64,000 nucleotides of DNA from Mobula hypostoma (lineage: Eukaryota), in assembly GCF_963921235.1 (NCBI RefSeq), contig NC_086108.1, forward strand, positions 1,240,001-1,304,000, given 5' to 3'. Positions 22,201 to 36,600 of the stretch are shown here, one piece after another. Numbering within the stretch: position 1 is the stretch's first letter; every line of letters starts with the position of its first letter. The notes beneath the pieces are model-generated. The model did not search any database. It saw only the letters and a program-made list of their open reading frames with translations, and was not told the DNA's origin. The translations under genes were made by a program, and so were the position numbers.

Positions 22201-25200
22201 AGAATGAGACAATCCCGCAGTACTGTACCTCTGACAGTGTGAGACTCCCTCGGTACTGTCCCTCAGAGAGTGTGACTCTCACTCAGTACTGTCCCTCTGA
22301 CAGTGAGACATCCCCTCAGTACTGTCCCTCCAAGAGTGAGACTCTCCCTTAGTACTGTCCCTCCAACTGTGAAACACTCCCTCAGTACGGTCCCACCGAC
22401 AGTGAGACACTCCCTCAGTACAGTCCCTCTGACAGTGTGACACTCCCTCAGTACTGTCCGTCCGACAGTTAGACACTCCCTCAGTACTGTCACTCTTAAA
22501 GTGTGACACACCCTTAGTACTGTCCCTCCGACTGTGAGACACTCCCTCAGTACCCTCCCTCTGACAGTGTGACACTCCCTCAGTACCGTCCCTCTGACAG
22601 TGTGACACTCCCTCAGGACCGTCCCTCTGACTGTGACATTCCCTCAGTACTGTCCCTCTGACAGTGTGACACTCCCTCAGTACCATCCCTCTGACAGTGA
22701 GACACTCCCTCAGTACCGTTCCTCTGACAGACAGACCCTCCTTCAGTACTGTCTCTAAGAGTGAGACACTTCCTCAGTACTGTTCCTCCGACAGTGTGAC
22801 ACTCCCTCAGTGCTGTCCCTCTGACAGTGTAAGACTCCCTCAGTACTTTCCCTCCGACAGTGAGACAATCCCTCAGTACTGTCTCTCTGACAATGAGACA
22901 CTCCCTCATTACTGTCCCTCTGATGGTGTGACACTCCCTCAGTACGGTCTCTCTGAGAATGAGACAATCCCGCAGTACTGTACCTCTGACAGTGTGAGAC
23001 TCCCTCGGTACTGTCCCTCAGAGAGTGTAACTCTCACTCAGTACTGTCCTTCTGACAGTGAGATACTCCCTCAGTACCGTCCCTCTGACAGTGAGATACT
23101 CCCTCAGTACTGGCCCTCTGACAGACCGACACTCCCTCAGTACCGTCCCTCTGACAGTCAGACACTCCTTCAGTACTGTCTCTAAGAGTGAGACACTCCC
23201 TTAGTACTGTCCCTCTGACAGTGTGACATTCCCTCAGTACCGTCCCTCTGACAGTGTGACACTCCCTCAGTACCATCCCTCTGACAGTGAGACACTCCCT
23301 CAGTACCGTCCCTCTGACAGTCAGACACTCCTTCAGTACTGTCCCTCTGACAGTGAGATACTCCCTCACTACTGTCCCTCTGACAGGGAGACACTCCCTC
23401 ACTACTGTCCCTCTGACAGTGTGACACTACTTCAGTACAGTCCATCTGACGGTGTTACACTCCCTCAGCAATGTCCCTCTGACAGTGTGGTACTCCCTCA
23501 GTACTGACCCTCTGACAGTCTGACACTCCCTCAGTCCGGTCCCTCTGACAGTGAGACATTCTCTCAGTACAGTCCCTCTGACAGTGAGACGCTCCCTCAG
23601 TACTGACCCTCTGACAGTGACAGTCCCTCAGTAAGGTCCCTCTGACAGTGTGACACTCCTTCAGTACTGGCTCCCTGACTGTGAGGCACTCCCTCAGTAC
23701 TGTCCCTCCGACTGTGTGACTCTCCCTCAGTACTGTCCCTCCGACAGTGTGACGGCCCCTCAGTACTGTCCCTCTGACTGTGTGACTCTCCCTCAGTCCT
23801 GTCCCTTTGACAGTGAGAAACTCCCTCTGTACTGTCCCACTGACAGTGTGATGCTCCCTCGGTACAGTCCCTCTGACGGCGAGGCACCCCCTCGATACAG
23901 TCCCTCTGACAGGGACACTCCCCAAGTACCACACCTCTGAGAGTGTGACACTCCCTCAGTATTGTCCCTCTCACAGTGTGACACTCCCTTAGTAATGTCC
24001 CTCTGACAGTGTGACACTCCCTCAGTACTCTCCCTCCAACAGTGGCACGGTCCGTCAGTAATGTCCATCCGAGGCTGAGACAATCCCTCAGTACTGTCCC
24101 TCCGAAAGTTAACCATTCCCTCAGTACAGTCCCTCTGACAGTGAGGCACTCGCTCAGTACTGTCCCTCCGACAGTGAGACACTCCCTCACTACTGTCCCT
24201 CCAACAGTGGGATACACCCTCAGTACTGTCCCTCTGACAGTCTGCACTCACTCAGTACTGTCCCTCTGACAGGGAGACACGCTCTCAGTAATGAGCCTCT
24301 GACAGTGAGACACTCCCTCGGGAATGTCCCTCTGACTGTGAGACTCTCCGCCTGTACTCTCCCTCTGACAGTGTAATATTCCCTCAGTACTGTCCCTCTG
24401 ACAGTGAGATACTCCCTCACTACTGTCCCTCTGACAGGGAGTCACTCCCTCACTACTGTCCCTCTGACAGTGTGACACTACTTCAGTACAGTCCATCTGA
24501 CGGTGTTACACTCCCTCAGCAATGTCCCTCTGACAGTGTGGTACTCCCTCAGTACTGACCCTCTGACAGTCTGACACTCCCTCAGTCCGGTCCCTCTGAC
24601 AGTGAGACATTCTCTCAGTACAGTCCCTCTGACAGTGAGACGCTCCCTCAGTACTGACCCTCTGACAGTGACAGTCCCTCAGTAAGGTCCCTCTGACAGT
24701 GTGACACTCCTTCAGTACTGGCTCCCTGACTGTGAGGCACTCCCTCAGTACTGTCCGTCTGACAGTGAGACACTCCCTGAATACTGTCCCTCTGACAGTG
24801 TGACACTACTTCAGTACAGTCCATCTGACGGTGTTACACTCCCTCAGCAATGTCCCTCTGACAGTGTGGTACTCCCTCAGTACTGACCCTCTGACAGTCT
24901 GACACTCCCTCAGTCCGGTCCCTCTGACAGTGAGACATTCTCTCAGTACAGTCCCTCTGACAGTGAGACGCTCCCTCAGTACTGACCCTCTGACAGTGAC
25001 AGTCCCTCAGTAAGGTCCCTCTGACAGTGTGACACTCCTTCAGTACTGGCTCCCTGACTGTGAGGCACTCCCTCAGTACTGTCCGTCTGACAGTGAGACA
25101 CTCCCTGAATACTGTCCCTCTGACAGTGAGACACTCCCTCATTACCTTCCCTCTGACTGTGTGAAATTCCTCAGTTCTGTCCCTCCGACAATGAGAGTCT

Positions 25201-27125
25201 CCCTCAGTACTGTCCCTCTGACAGTGAGACACTCCCTTAGTACTGTCCCTCTGACAGTCTGCACTCACTCAGTGCTGTCCCTCTGACAGAGAGACACGCT
25301 CTCAGTAATGACCCTCTGACAGTGAGACTGTCCACCAGTACTCTCCCTCTGACAGTGTGACACTTCTTCAGTACTGTCCCTTTGATAGTGAGAAGCTCGC
25401 TCAGTTCTGTCCCTCAGACTGTGTGACACTCCGTTAGTACTGTCCCTCCGACAGTGAGGCACTCCCTCAGTACAGTCACACTGATATTGAGACACTCCCT
25501 CAGTACGATCCCTCTGACAGTGAGACACTCCCTCTGTACTGTCCCTCTCACGGTGAGACACTCACTCAGTACGGTCCCACTGACAGTGTGTAATTCCCTC
25601 AGTGCAATCCCTCCGACTGTGAGACACTCTTTCAGTACTGTCCCTCTGACAGTGAGATACTCCCTCGGTACTCTCCTTCTGACAGTGAGACACTCGCTCG
25701 GTACGGTCCCTCCGACAGAGAGACGATCCCTCTTTACTGTGCCTCTGACAGTGTGACATTCCCTCAGTACTGTCCCTCCGACAGCGTGACACTCCCAACG
25801 TACTGTCCCTCTGACAGTGTGACACTCCCTCAGTACTGTACCTCTGACAGTGAAACACTCCCTCAGTACTGTCCCTCTGACAGCGTGACACTCCCAACGT
25901 ACTGTCCCTCTGACAGTGTGACACTCCCTCAGTACTGTCCCTCTGACAGTGAGACACTCACTCAGTGCTGTCCCTCTGACAAGGAGACACGCTCTCAGTA
26001 ATGACCCTCTGACAGTGAGACTGTCCACCAGTACTCTCCCTCTGACAGTGTGACACTCCCTCAGTACTGTTCCTCTGACAGTTTGACACTCCCTCGGGAA
26101 TGTCCCTCTCACAGTGAGACTCTCCGCCTGTACTCTCCTTCTGACAGTGTAACATTCCCTCAGTACCGTCCCTCTGACAGTGAGACACTCCCTCAGTACC
26201 GTCCCTCTGACGGTGTGACAGTCCCTCCGTACCATTCCTCTGAGAGTGAGACACTCCCTCACTACTGTCCCTCTGAAAGTGTGACACTCGGTCAGTACTG
26301 TCCCTCTGACAGTGTGACACTCCCCCAGTACTCTCCTCCTGACATTGAGACACTCCCTCGGTACGGTCCTTCCGACAGTGAGACGCTCCCTCTGTACCGT
26401 CCCTCTGACAGTGTGACACTCCCTCAGTACTGCCGCTCTGACAGTGTTGTACTCCCTCAGTACTGTCCCTCTGACGGTGTTTCACTCCCTCAGTACAGTC
26501 CCGCTGACAGTGAGACACTCCCAACATACTGTCCCTCTGACAATGAGACACTCCCTCAGCACCGTCCCTCTGACATCTGACACTCACTCAGTACTGTCCC
26601 GCTGACAGTGTGACACTCCCTCAGCACCGTCCCTCTGACATCTGACACTCACTCAGTACTGTCCCGCTGACAGTGTGACACTCCCTTAGTACTGTCCCTC
26701 TGACAAGTCTGCACTCAATCAGTACTGTCCCTCTGACAGAGAGACACGCTCTCAGTAATGACCCTCTGACAGTGAGACTGTCCACCAGTACTCTCCCTCC
26801 GACAGTGAGACACTCCCTCAGTACTGTCCCTCTGACAGTGTGACACTCCCTTAGTAATGTCCCTCTGACAGTGTGACACTCCCTCAGGACTGTCCCTCTG
26901 ACAGTGAGACACTCCCTCAGTACTGTCCATCAGACAGCGTGACACTCCCTCAGTACTGTCCCTCCGACAGTGTGACACTCCCTCAGTACTGTCCGTCTGA
27001 CAGTGTGACACTCCCTCAGTACTGTCTGTCTGACAGTGTGCACTCACTCAGTAATGTCCCTCTGACAGTGAGGTACTCCCTCAGTTCCGTCCCTCTAACA
27101 GTGTGACTCTCCCCCAGTACTGTCC

Positions 27126-27631
27126 TTTTCAAGGCGTTTAGTCCACCTTTGGTCCCCACCTGGCACTCAGCTCTCACCTTTGGCTCCCCGTAGCTGTTTG
27201 CATGCGACAGCGGCCACACCACGGGCAATGGCTTCGACAAGCCGGCAAAACCAGGTGAGGGTAGCCGACGGGTCTCAAACCTTAAGTGAGATAGGGAGTT
27301 GTCTATCCCAGCATGTGAAGACAGACTCCGGTGGATTGAGTGGACGAGACCAATGGAAGGTCCAACGGTCAAGAAAGCGGTCTCTACAAGCGTCGAGGAA
27401 CGTGTAGAGCAGGAAAAGATACAGAAGACGTCCTGGTCATCCACTGCGCCTAGTCCCATCTCACGCCGTCTCGACTCTGTCTTGCCACTGGATCCAGATG
27501 GGAATTGGGAAGAGAGAGTGAGGCTGATGCTGCCCAAATCTCCCTCACTTAAATCCAAGTCACGCGCTAGTCTCGACACCACCAATAATGGTGTCGAGGT
27601 CCTCATCGATGTTGACGATGTACGAACACAC
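27126..27631 (+). mobile_element. Second copy of the 506-bp retroposon, produced by the 11.4-kb duplication
   Basis: Same sequence, same TSD (27119-27125 and 27632-27638) and same flanking variant monomers, exactly 11416 bp downstream. Confidence 0.9.
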
Positions 27632-30600
27632 ACTGTCCATTTGACAGTGTGACACTCCCTCAGTACTGCCCCTCCCGCAGTGTAATGCTCCCTCAGTTCT
27701 GTCCCTCTGACAGTGAGATACTCCCTCAGTACTGTCCATCGGACAGTGAGACACTCCCCCAGTACTGTCCCTCCGAAAGTGTGACGGTCCCACAGTACTG
27801 TCCATCCGACAGTAAGACACTCCCTCAATACTCTCCAATCGACAGTTTGGCACAACCTCAGTCCTGTCCCTCTGACAGTGAGACACTCCCTCAGTCCTGT
27901 CCCTCTGACAGTGAGGCACTCCCTCAGTACTGTCCCTCTGACAGTGAGGCACTCCCTCAGTACTGTCCATCGGACAGTGAGATATTCCCTACGTATTAAC
28001 CCTCTGACAATGTGACATTCCATCAGTATCGTCCCTCTGACAGTGTGACACTGCCCCAGTACCGTCCTTCTGACAGTGTGACACTCCCTCAGTACCTCTC
28101 CCTGACAGTGTGACACTCCCTCAGTACCATCCATCTGACAGTGAGACGCTCTCTCAGTACTGTCCCTCTGACAGTGAGACACTCCCTCAGTACCGTCCAT
28201 CTGACGGTGTGATATTCCCTCAGTGCTGTCCCTCCGACTGTGAGACACTCCCTCAGCACTGTCCTTCTGACAGTGTGACACTCCCTCAGTACTGTGCATC
28301 TGACAGTGAGACACTCCCTCAGCACTGTCCTTCTGACAGTGTGACACTCCCTCAGCACTGTCCTTCTGACAGTGTGACACTCCCTCAGTACTGTACATCT
28401 GACAGTGAGATACTCCCAGAGTACAGTCCCTCTGACAGTGAGACCCTCCTTCAGTGCTGTTCCTCTGACAGTGTGACAATCCGTCAGTACTGTCCCTCTG
28501 ACAGTGTGACACTCCCTCAGTACTCTCCTTCTGACAGCGAGTCACACCGTCAGTAGTATACCCCTGACAGTGTGACACTCCCTCAGTACTGTCCCTCTGA
28601 CAGCGAGACACTCCCTCAGTCCTGTCCCTCTGACAGTGTGTCACTCGGTCAGTACTGTCCCTCTGACAGTGTGATATTCCCTCAGAGCTGTTCCTCCGAC
28701 TGTGAGATACTCCCTCAGTACTGTACCTCTGACAGTGAGACACTCCCCCAGTAGTCTAGCTCTGACCTTGAGACACTCCCTCGGTACGGTCCTTCTGACA
28801 GTGAGACCTTCCCTCAGTGCTGTCCCTCTGACAATGTGACACACCGTCAGTACTGTCCCTCTGACAGTGTGACATTCCCTCAGTCCCGTCCCTCTGACAG
28901 TGTGTCACTCGGTCAGTTCTGTCCCTCTGACAGTGTGATATTCCCTCAGAGCTGTCCCTCCGACTGTGAGATACTCCCTCAGTACTGTACCTCTGACAGT
29001 GAGACACTCCCCAGTAGTCTTGCTCTGACCTTGAGACACTCCCTCGGTACGGTCCTTCTGACAGTGAGACTCTCCCTCTGTACCGTAGCTCTGACTGTGA
29101 GACACTCCCTCAGTACTATCCCTCTGACGGTGTGACACTCCCTCAGTACTGTCTCTCTGACAGTGCTACTTTCTCTCTGTACTGTCCCTGCAAGAGTGAA
29201 ACACTGCCTTACTACAGTCCCTCCGACAGTGAGATCCTCCCAGAGTACAGTCCCTCTGAAAGTGAGACCTTCCCTCAGTTCTGTCCCTCTGACAGTGCGA
29301 GACTCCCTCAGCACTGTCCCTCCGACAGTTTGACATTCCCTCGAGAATGTCCCTCTTACAGTCAGGCACTCCCTCTGTAATGTCCCTCTGACAGTGAAAC
29401 TCTCCGCTTGTACTCTCCCTCTGAGAGTGTGACATTCCCTCAGTACCGTCCCTCTGACGGTGAGGCACTCACTCAGTAGTATACCACTGACAGTGAGACA
29501 CTTCCTTAGTACTTTTCATCTGACTGTGAGATACTCCCACAGTACTGACAGTGTGACACTCAGTCAGTACCGTCCCTCTGACAGTGTGATATTCCCTGAG
29601 TGCTGTCCCTCCGACTGTGAGACACTCCCTCAGTACTGTACCTCTGCAGTGAGATACTCCCTGAGTACTGTCCCTCTGACAGAGTGACACATTCGCAGTA
29701 CTGTTCTCTGACAGTATGACACCCCCCTAATACTCTCGATCGGACAGTGAGACACTCCATCGGTACGGTCCCTTTGACAGTGAGAGACTCCCTCAGTACT
29801 GTCCCACTGACAGCCTGACAATCCCTCAGTACTGTCCCTTCGACAGTGTGACACACCCTAAGAACTGTCCGTCTGACAGTGTGACACTCCCTCAGTACCG
29901 ACCCACTGACGGTGTGACACTTCCTCAGTACTGTCCCTCTGACAGTGTAACACTCCCTCAGTTCTGTCCCTCTGACAGTGTGACACTCCCTCAGTCCTGT
30001 CCCTCTGACAGTGTGCACTCACTCAGTACTGTTCCTCCGACAGTGAGACACCCCCTCAGCACTGTCCCTCTGACAGTGTGACACTCCCTCAGTTCTGTCC
30101 CTCTGACAGTGTGACACTCCCTCAGTACTGTCCCTCTGACAGTGTGACACTCCCTCAGTACTGTCCCTCTGACAGTGTGCACTCACTCAGTACTGTCCCT
30201 CTGACAGTGTGACACTCCCTCAGTTCTGTCCCTCTGACAGTGTGACACTCCCTCAGTACTGTCACTCTGACAGTGTGCACTCACTCAGTACTGTCCCTCT
30301 GACAGTGTGACACTCCCTCAGTACTGTCCCTCTGACAGTGAGACACTCCCTCAGCACAGTTTCTCTGACAGTGAGACACTGCCTCAGTACTGTCCCTCTG
30401 ACAGTTTGACATTCCCTCGGGATTGTCCCTCTGACAGTCAGGCACTCCCTCTGTAATGGCCCTCTGACAGTGAAACTCTCCGCCTGTACCCTCCCTCTGA
30501 GAATGTGACATTCTCTCAGTACCGCCCCTCTGACGGCGTGACACTCCCTTAGTACCGTCTCTCTGATGGTGTGACCACGCCCTCAGTACTGTCCCTCTGA

Positions 30601-33600
30601 CAGTGTGATATTCCCTGAGTGCTGTCCCTCCGACTGTGAGACACTCCCTCAGTACTGTACCTCTGCAGTGAGATACTCTCTGAGTACTCTCCCTCTGACA
30701 GAGTGACACATACTCAGTACTGTCCTCTGACAGTAAGACACTCCCCTAGTACTCTCGCTTGGACAGTGAGACACTCCTTCGGTACGGTCCCTTTGACAGT
30801 GAGACACTCCCTCAGTACTGTCCATCTGACAGTGAGACACTCCCTCAGTACTGTCCCTCTGACAGTGTGCACTCACTCAGTACTGTCCCTCCGACAGTGA
30901 GACACTCCCTCAGCACTGTCCCTCTGACAGTGTGACACTCCCTCAGTACTGTCCCACCGACAGTGAGACACTCCCTCAGCACTGACCCTCTGACAGTGTG
31001 CACTCACTCAGTACTGTCCCCCTGAAAGAGTGACACTCCCTCAGTGCTGTCCCTCTGACAGTGAGTGACTCCATCAGTACTGTCCGTCTGACTGTTTGAC
31101 ACACCCTCAGTACGGTCCCTCTGACAGTGTGACACTCCTTCACTGCTGTCCCTCTGACTGTGAGACACTCCCCCAGTACTGTCCCTCTGACTGTGAAACA
31201 CTCCGTCAGTACTGTCCCTCTGACAGTGTGTCACTCACTCAGTACTGTCCCTCTGACAGTGAGACACTCCCTCACCACTGTCTTTCTGATAGTGAGACAC
31301 TACCTCAGTTCTGTCTGTTTGCAGTGAGACACTCCCTCAGTTCTGTCCCTCTGACAGAGAGACACTCACTCAGTATGGTCCCTCAGACAGAGTGACTCTC
31401 CCTCAGTACAGTCCCTCTGAGAGTGAGACACTCCCTCAGTACTGTCCCTCCGACAGTGAGACGCTCTCGCAGTACTGTCCATCTAAGAGTGTGGCACTCT
31501 CTCAGTACCGTCTCTCTGATAATGAACATTCCCCGAGTACTGTCCCTCTGAAAGTGTGTCAGTCCCTCAGTACTGTTCATATGACTGTCAGACACTCCCT
31601 CAGTACTGCTCTCTGACAGTCACGCACTCCGTCAGTACTGTCCCTCTAACAGTTTGACATTCCCTTAGTGCCATCCCTCTGATGGTGTGACACTCCGTCC
31701 GCACTTTCCCTCTGACAGTGTGACTCTCCCTCAGTCCTGTCCCTCTGACAGTGTGACTCTCCCTCAGTTCTGTCCCTCTGATGGTGTGACACTCCGTCCG
31801 CACTTTCCCTCTGACAGTGTGACTCTCCCTCAGTCCTGTCCCTCTGACAGTGAGACACCCCCTCAGTACTGTCCTTCTGGCAGTGTGACACTCCCTCAGT
31901 ATTGTCCCTCCGACAGTTAGACACTCCATCAGTACTGTCCCTACGTGAGTGAGTCACTCCCTTACTACTGTCCCTCCGACTGTGAGACACTCAGTCAGTA
32001 TTGTCCCTCTGACAGTGAGACACTCCCTCCGTACGGTCCCTCTGACCGTGAGACACTCCCTCAGTACTGTCCCTCTGACTGTGACATTCCCTCAGTACTG
32101 TCCCTCTGAGAGTGTGACTCTCCCTTAGTACAGTCCCTCTGACTGTGAAACACTCCCTCAGTACTGTACCCCTGACGTGTGACACTCCCTCAGTACTGTC
32201 CCTCTGACAGTGAGGCACTCCTTCCGTGTGGTCTCTCTGACAGTGTGATACTCCCTCAGTACTGTCCCTCAGAGAGTGTGACTCTCACTTAGTACTGCTC
32301 TTCTGACAGTGAGACACTTCCTCAGTACTGTCCCTCTGACAGTGTGACAGTCCCTCAGCAATGTCCCTCTGACAGTGAGACATCCCCTCAGTACTGTCCC
32401 TCCAAGAGTGAGACTCTCCCTTAGTACTGTCCCTCCAACTGTGAAACACTCCCTCCGTACGGTCCCACCGACAGTGAGCCACTCCCTCAGTACAGTCCCT
32501 CTGACAGTGTGACACTCCCTCAGTACTGTCCGTCCGACAGTTGGACACTCCCTCAGTACTGTCACTCTTAGAGTGTGACTCTCACTTAGTACTGCTCCTC
32601 TGACAGTGAGACACTTCCTCAGTACTGTCCCTCTGACACTGTGACAGTCCCTCAGTAATGTCCCTCTGACAGTGAGACATCCCCTCAGTACTGTCCCTCC
32701 AAGAGTGAGACTCTCCCTTAGTACTGTCCCTCCAACAGTGAAACACTCCCTCAGTAAGGTCCCACCGACAGTGAGACACTCCCTCGGTACTGTCACTCTT
32801 AGAGTGTGACACACCCTTAGTACTGTCCCTCCGACTGTGAGACACTCCCTCACTACCCTCCCTCTGACAGTGTGACACTCCCTCAGTACCGTCCCTCTGA
32901 CAGTGTGACACTCCCTCAGTACCGTCCCTCTGACTGTGACATTCCCTCAGTACCGTCCCTCTGACAGTGAGACACTCCCTCAGTAACGTCCCTCTGACAG
33001 TCAGACACTCCTTCAGTACTGTCTCTAAGAGTGAGACACTTCCTCAGTACTGTTCCTCCGACAGTGTGACACTCCCTCAGTACAGTCCCTCTGACAGTGT
33101 GACACTCCCTCAGTACTGTCCGTCCGACAGTTAGACACTCCCTCAGTACTGTCACTCTTAAAGTGTGACACACCCTTAGTACTGTCCCTCCGACTGTGAG
33201 ACACTCCCTCAGTACCCTCCCTCTGACAGTGTGACACTCCCTCAGTACCGTCCCTCTGACAGTGTGACACTCCCTCAGGACCGTCCCTCTGACTGTGACA
33301 TTCCCTCAGTACCGTCCCTCTGACAGTGTGACACTCCCTCAGGACCGTCCCTCTGACTGTGACATTCCCTCAGTACTGTCCCTCTGACAGTGTGACACTC
33401 CCTCAGTACCATCCCTCTGACAGTGAGACACTCCCTCAGTACCGTTCCTCTGACAGACAGACCCTCCTTCAGTACTGTCTCTAAGAGTGAGACACTTCCT
33501 CAGTACTGTTCCTCCGACAGTGTGACACTCCCTCAGTGCTGTCCCTCTGACAGTGTAAGACTCCCTCAGTACTTTCCCTCCGACAGTGAGACAATCCCTC

Positions 33601-36600
33601 AGTACTGTCTCTCTGACAATGAGACACTCCCTCATTACTGTCCCTCTGATGGTGTGACACTCCCTCAGTACGGTCTCTCTGAGAATGAGACAATCCCGCA
33701 GTACTGTACCTCTGACAGTGTGAGACTCCCTCGGTACTGTCCCTCAGAGAGTGTAACTCTCACTCAGTACTGTCCTTCTGACAGTGAGATACTCCCTCAG
33801 TACCGTCCCTCTGACAGTGAGATACTCCCTCAGTACTGGCCCTCTGACAGACCGACACTCCCTCAGTACCATCCCTCTGACAGTCAGACACTCCTTCAGT
33901 ACTGTCTCTAAGAGTGAGACACTCCCTTAGTACTGTCCCTCTGACAGTGTGACATTCCCTCAGTAACGTCCCTCTGACAGTGTGACACTCCCTCAGTACC
34001 ATCCCTCTGACAGTGAGACACTCCCTCAGTACCGTTCCTCTGACAGTCAGACACTCCTTCAGTACTGTCTCTAAGAGTGAGACACTTCCTCAGTACTGTT
34101 CCTCCGACAGTGTGACACTCCCTCAGTGCTGTCCCTCTGACAGTGTAAGACTCCCTCAGTACTTTCCCTCCGACAGTGAGACACCCCTCAGTTCTGTCCC
34201 TCTGACAGTGTGACACTCCCTCAGTACTGTCTCTCTGACAGTGTGACACTCCCTCAGTTCTGTCCATCTGACAGTGAGACACTTCCTCAGTACTGTTCCT
34301 CTGACAGTGTGACACACCCTCAGTACTGACCATCTGACAGTGTGACACACTGTCAGTACTGTCACTCCCAGAGTGAGACACTCCCTTAGTACTGTCCCTC
34401 CGTCTGTGAGACACTCCCTCAGTACTGTCCCTCTGACAGTGTGACACTCCCTTAGTGCTGACCCTCTGACAGTGTGACACTCCCTCAGTTCTGTCTCTCT
34501 GACAATGAGACACTCCCTCAGTACTGTCCCTCTGACTGTGTGACACTCCCTCAGTACTGTCCCTCTGATGGTGTGACACTCCCTCAGTACTGTCCCTCTG
34601 ATGGTGTGACACTCCCTCAGTACTGTCCCTCTGACAGTGAGACACTTCCTCAGTACTGTCCCTCTGACAGTGAGACACTTCCTCAGTACTGTCCCTCTGG
34701 CAGTGAGGCACCTCTCAGTTCTGTCCCTCTGACAGTGTGACGCATCGTCAGTACTGTCCCTCTGACACTGTGACACTCGGTCAGTACCATCCTTCTGACA
34801 GTGAGACACTCACTCAGTACTGTCCATCTGACGGTGTGACACTTCCTCAGTACTGTCCCTCTGACAGTGTGACACTCCCTCAGTGCTGTCCCTCTGACAG
34901 TGAGACACTCCCTCAGCACTGTCCCTCTGACAGTTTAACACTCCCTCAGTTCTGTCTCTCTGACAGTGTGACACTCCCTCAGTACTGTCCCTCCGTCTGT
35001 GAGACACTCCCTCAGTACTGTCCCTCTGACAGTGTGACACTCCCTCAGTGCTGTTTCTCTGACAGTGTGATACTCCCTGAGTACTGTCCCTCTGACAGTG
35101 TGACACTCCCTCAGTTCTGTCTCTCTGACAATGAGACACTCCCACAGTACTGTCCCTCTGACGGTGTGACACTCCCTCAGTACTGTCCCTCTGATGGTGT
35201 GACACTCCCTCAGTACTGTCCCTCTGACAGTGACACACTCCCTCACTACTGTCCTTCTGGCATTGTGACACTCCCTCAGTACTGTCCCTCCGACTGTGAG
35301 ACACTTCCTCAGTACTGTTCCTCCGACAGTGTGACACTCCCTCAGTGCTGTCCCTCTGACAGTGTGAGACTCCCTCAGTACTGTCCCTCCGACAGTGAGA
35401 CACTCCCTCAGTACTGTCTCTCTGACAATGAGACACTCCTCATTACTGTCACTCTGATGGCGTGACACTCCCTCAGTACTGTCCCTCTGACGGTGTGACA
35501 CTCCCTCAGTTCTGTCCCTCTGACAGTGTGACACTCCCTCAGTACTGTACCTCTGACAGTGTGAGACTCCCTCAGTACTGTCCCTCAGAGACTGTGACTC
35601 TCACTCAGTACTGTCCCTCTGACAGTGAGACATCACTCAGTTCTGTCCCTCTGACAGTGTGACACACCGTCAGTACTGTCCCTCTGACACTGTGACACTC
35701 GGTCAGTACCATCCTTCTGACAGTGTGACACTTCGTCTGTACTGTCCCTCTGACAGTGTGACACTCCCTCAGTGCTGTCTCTCTGACAGTGTGACACTCC
35801 CTCAGTACTGTCCCTTTGACAGTGTGACACTCTCTCAGTACAGTCCCTCTGACAGTGCAACACTTCCTCAGTTCTGTCCCTCTGACAGTGACACACTCCC
35901 TCACTGCTGTCCTTCTGGCATTGTGACACTCCCTCAGTACTGTCCCTCTGAAAGTGTAACACTCCTTCAGTACGGTCTCTCTGAGAATGAGACAATCCCG
36001 TAGTACTGTACCTCTGACAGTGTGAGACATCCTCGGTAATGTCCCTCAGAGAGTGTGACTCTCGCTCAGTACTGTCCCTCTGACTGTGAGACACCACTCA
36101 GTACTGTCCCTCTGGCAGTGAGACAACCCTCAGTTCTGTCCATCTGACAGTGAGACACTTCCTCAGTGCTGTTCCTCTGACAGTGTGACACACCCTCAGT
36201 ACTGACCGTCTGACAGTGTGACACACCGTCAGTACTGTCACTCCCAGAGTGAGACACTCCCTTAGTACTGTCCCTCCGTCTGTGAGACACTCCCTCAGTA
36301 CATTCCCTCTGACAGTGTGACACTCCCTCAGCTCTGTCTCTCTGACAATGAGACACTCCCTCAGTACTGTCCCTCTGACGGTGTGACATTCCCTCAGTAC
36401 TGTCCCTCTGATGGTGTGACACTCCCTCAGTACTGTCCCTCTGACAGTGACACACTCATTCACTACTGTCCATCTGGCATTGTGACACTCCCTCAGTACT
36501 GTCCCTCTGACAGTGTGACACTCCTTCAGTACGGTCTCTCTGAGAATGAGACAATCCCGCAGTACTGTACCTCTGACAGTGAGACACTCCCTCAGTACTG

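Larger units (their letters stand above)
11917..34050 (+). repeat. Tandem higher-order duplication: copy A about 11917-23332, copy B about 23333-34050
   Basis: Identical ORF translations recur at offset 11416 (12234/23650, 15600/27016, 18575/29991), then 11417 (19232/30649), 11025 (19979/31004) and 10726 (22613/33339). Confidence 0.95.

Noticed and set aside
27126..27631. Independent second, site-specific insertion
   Set aside because: Identical TSD and identical flanking variant monomers at offset 11416 show it was copied by duplication.
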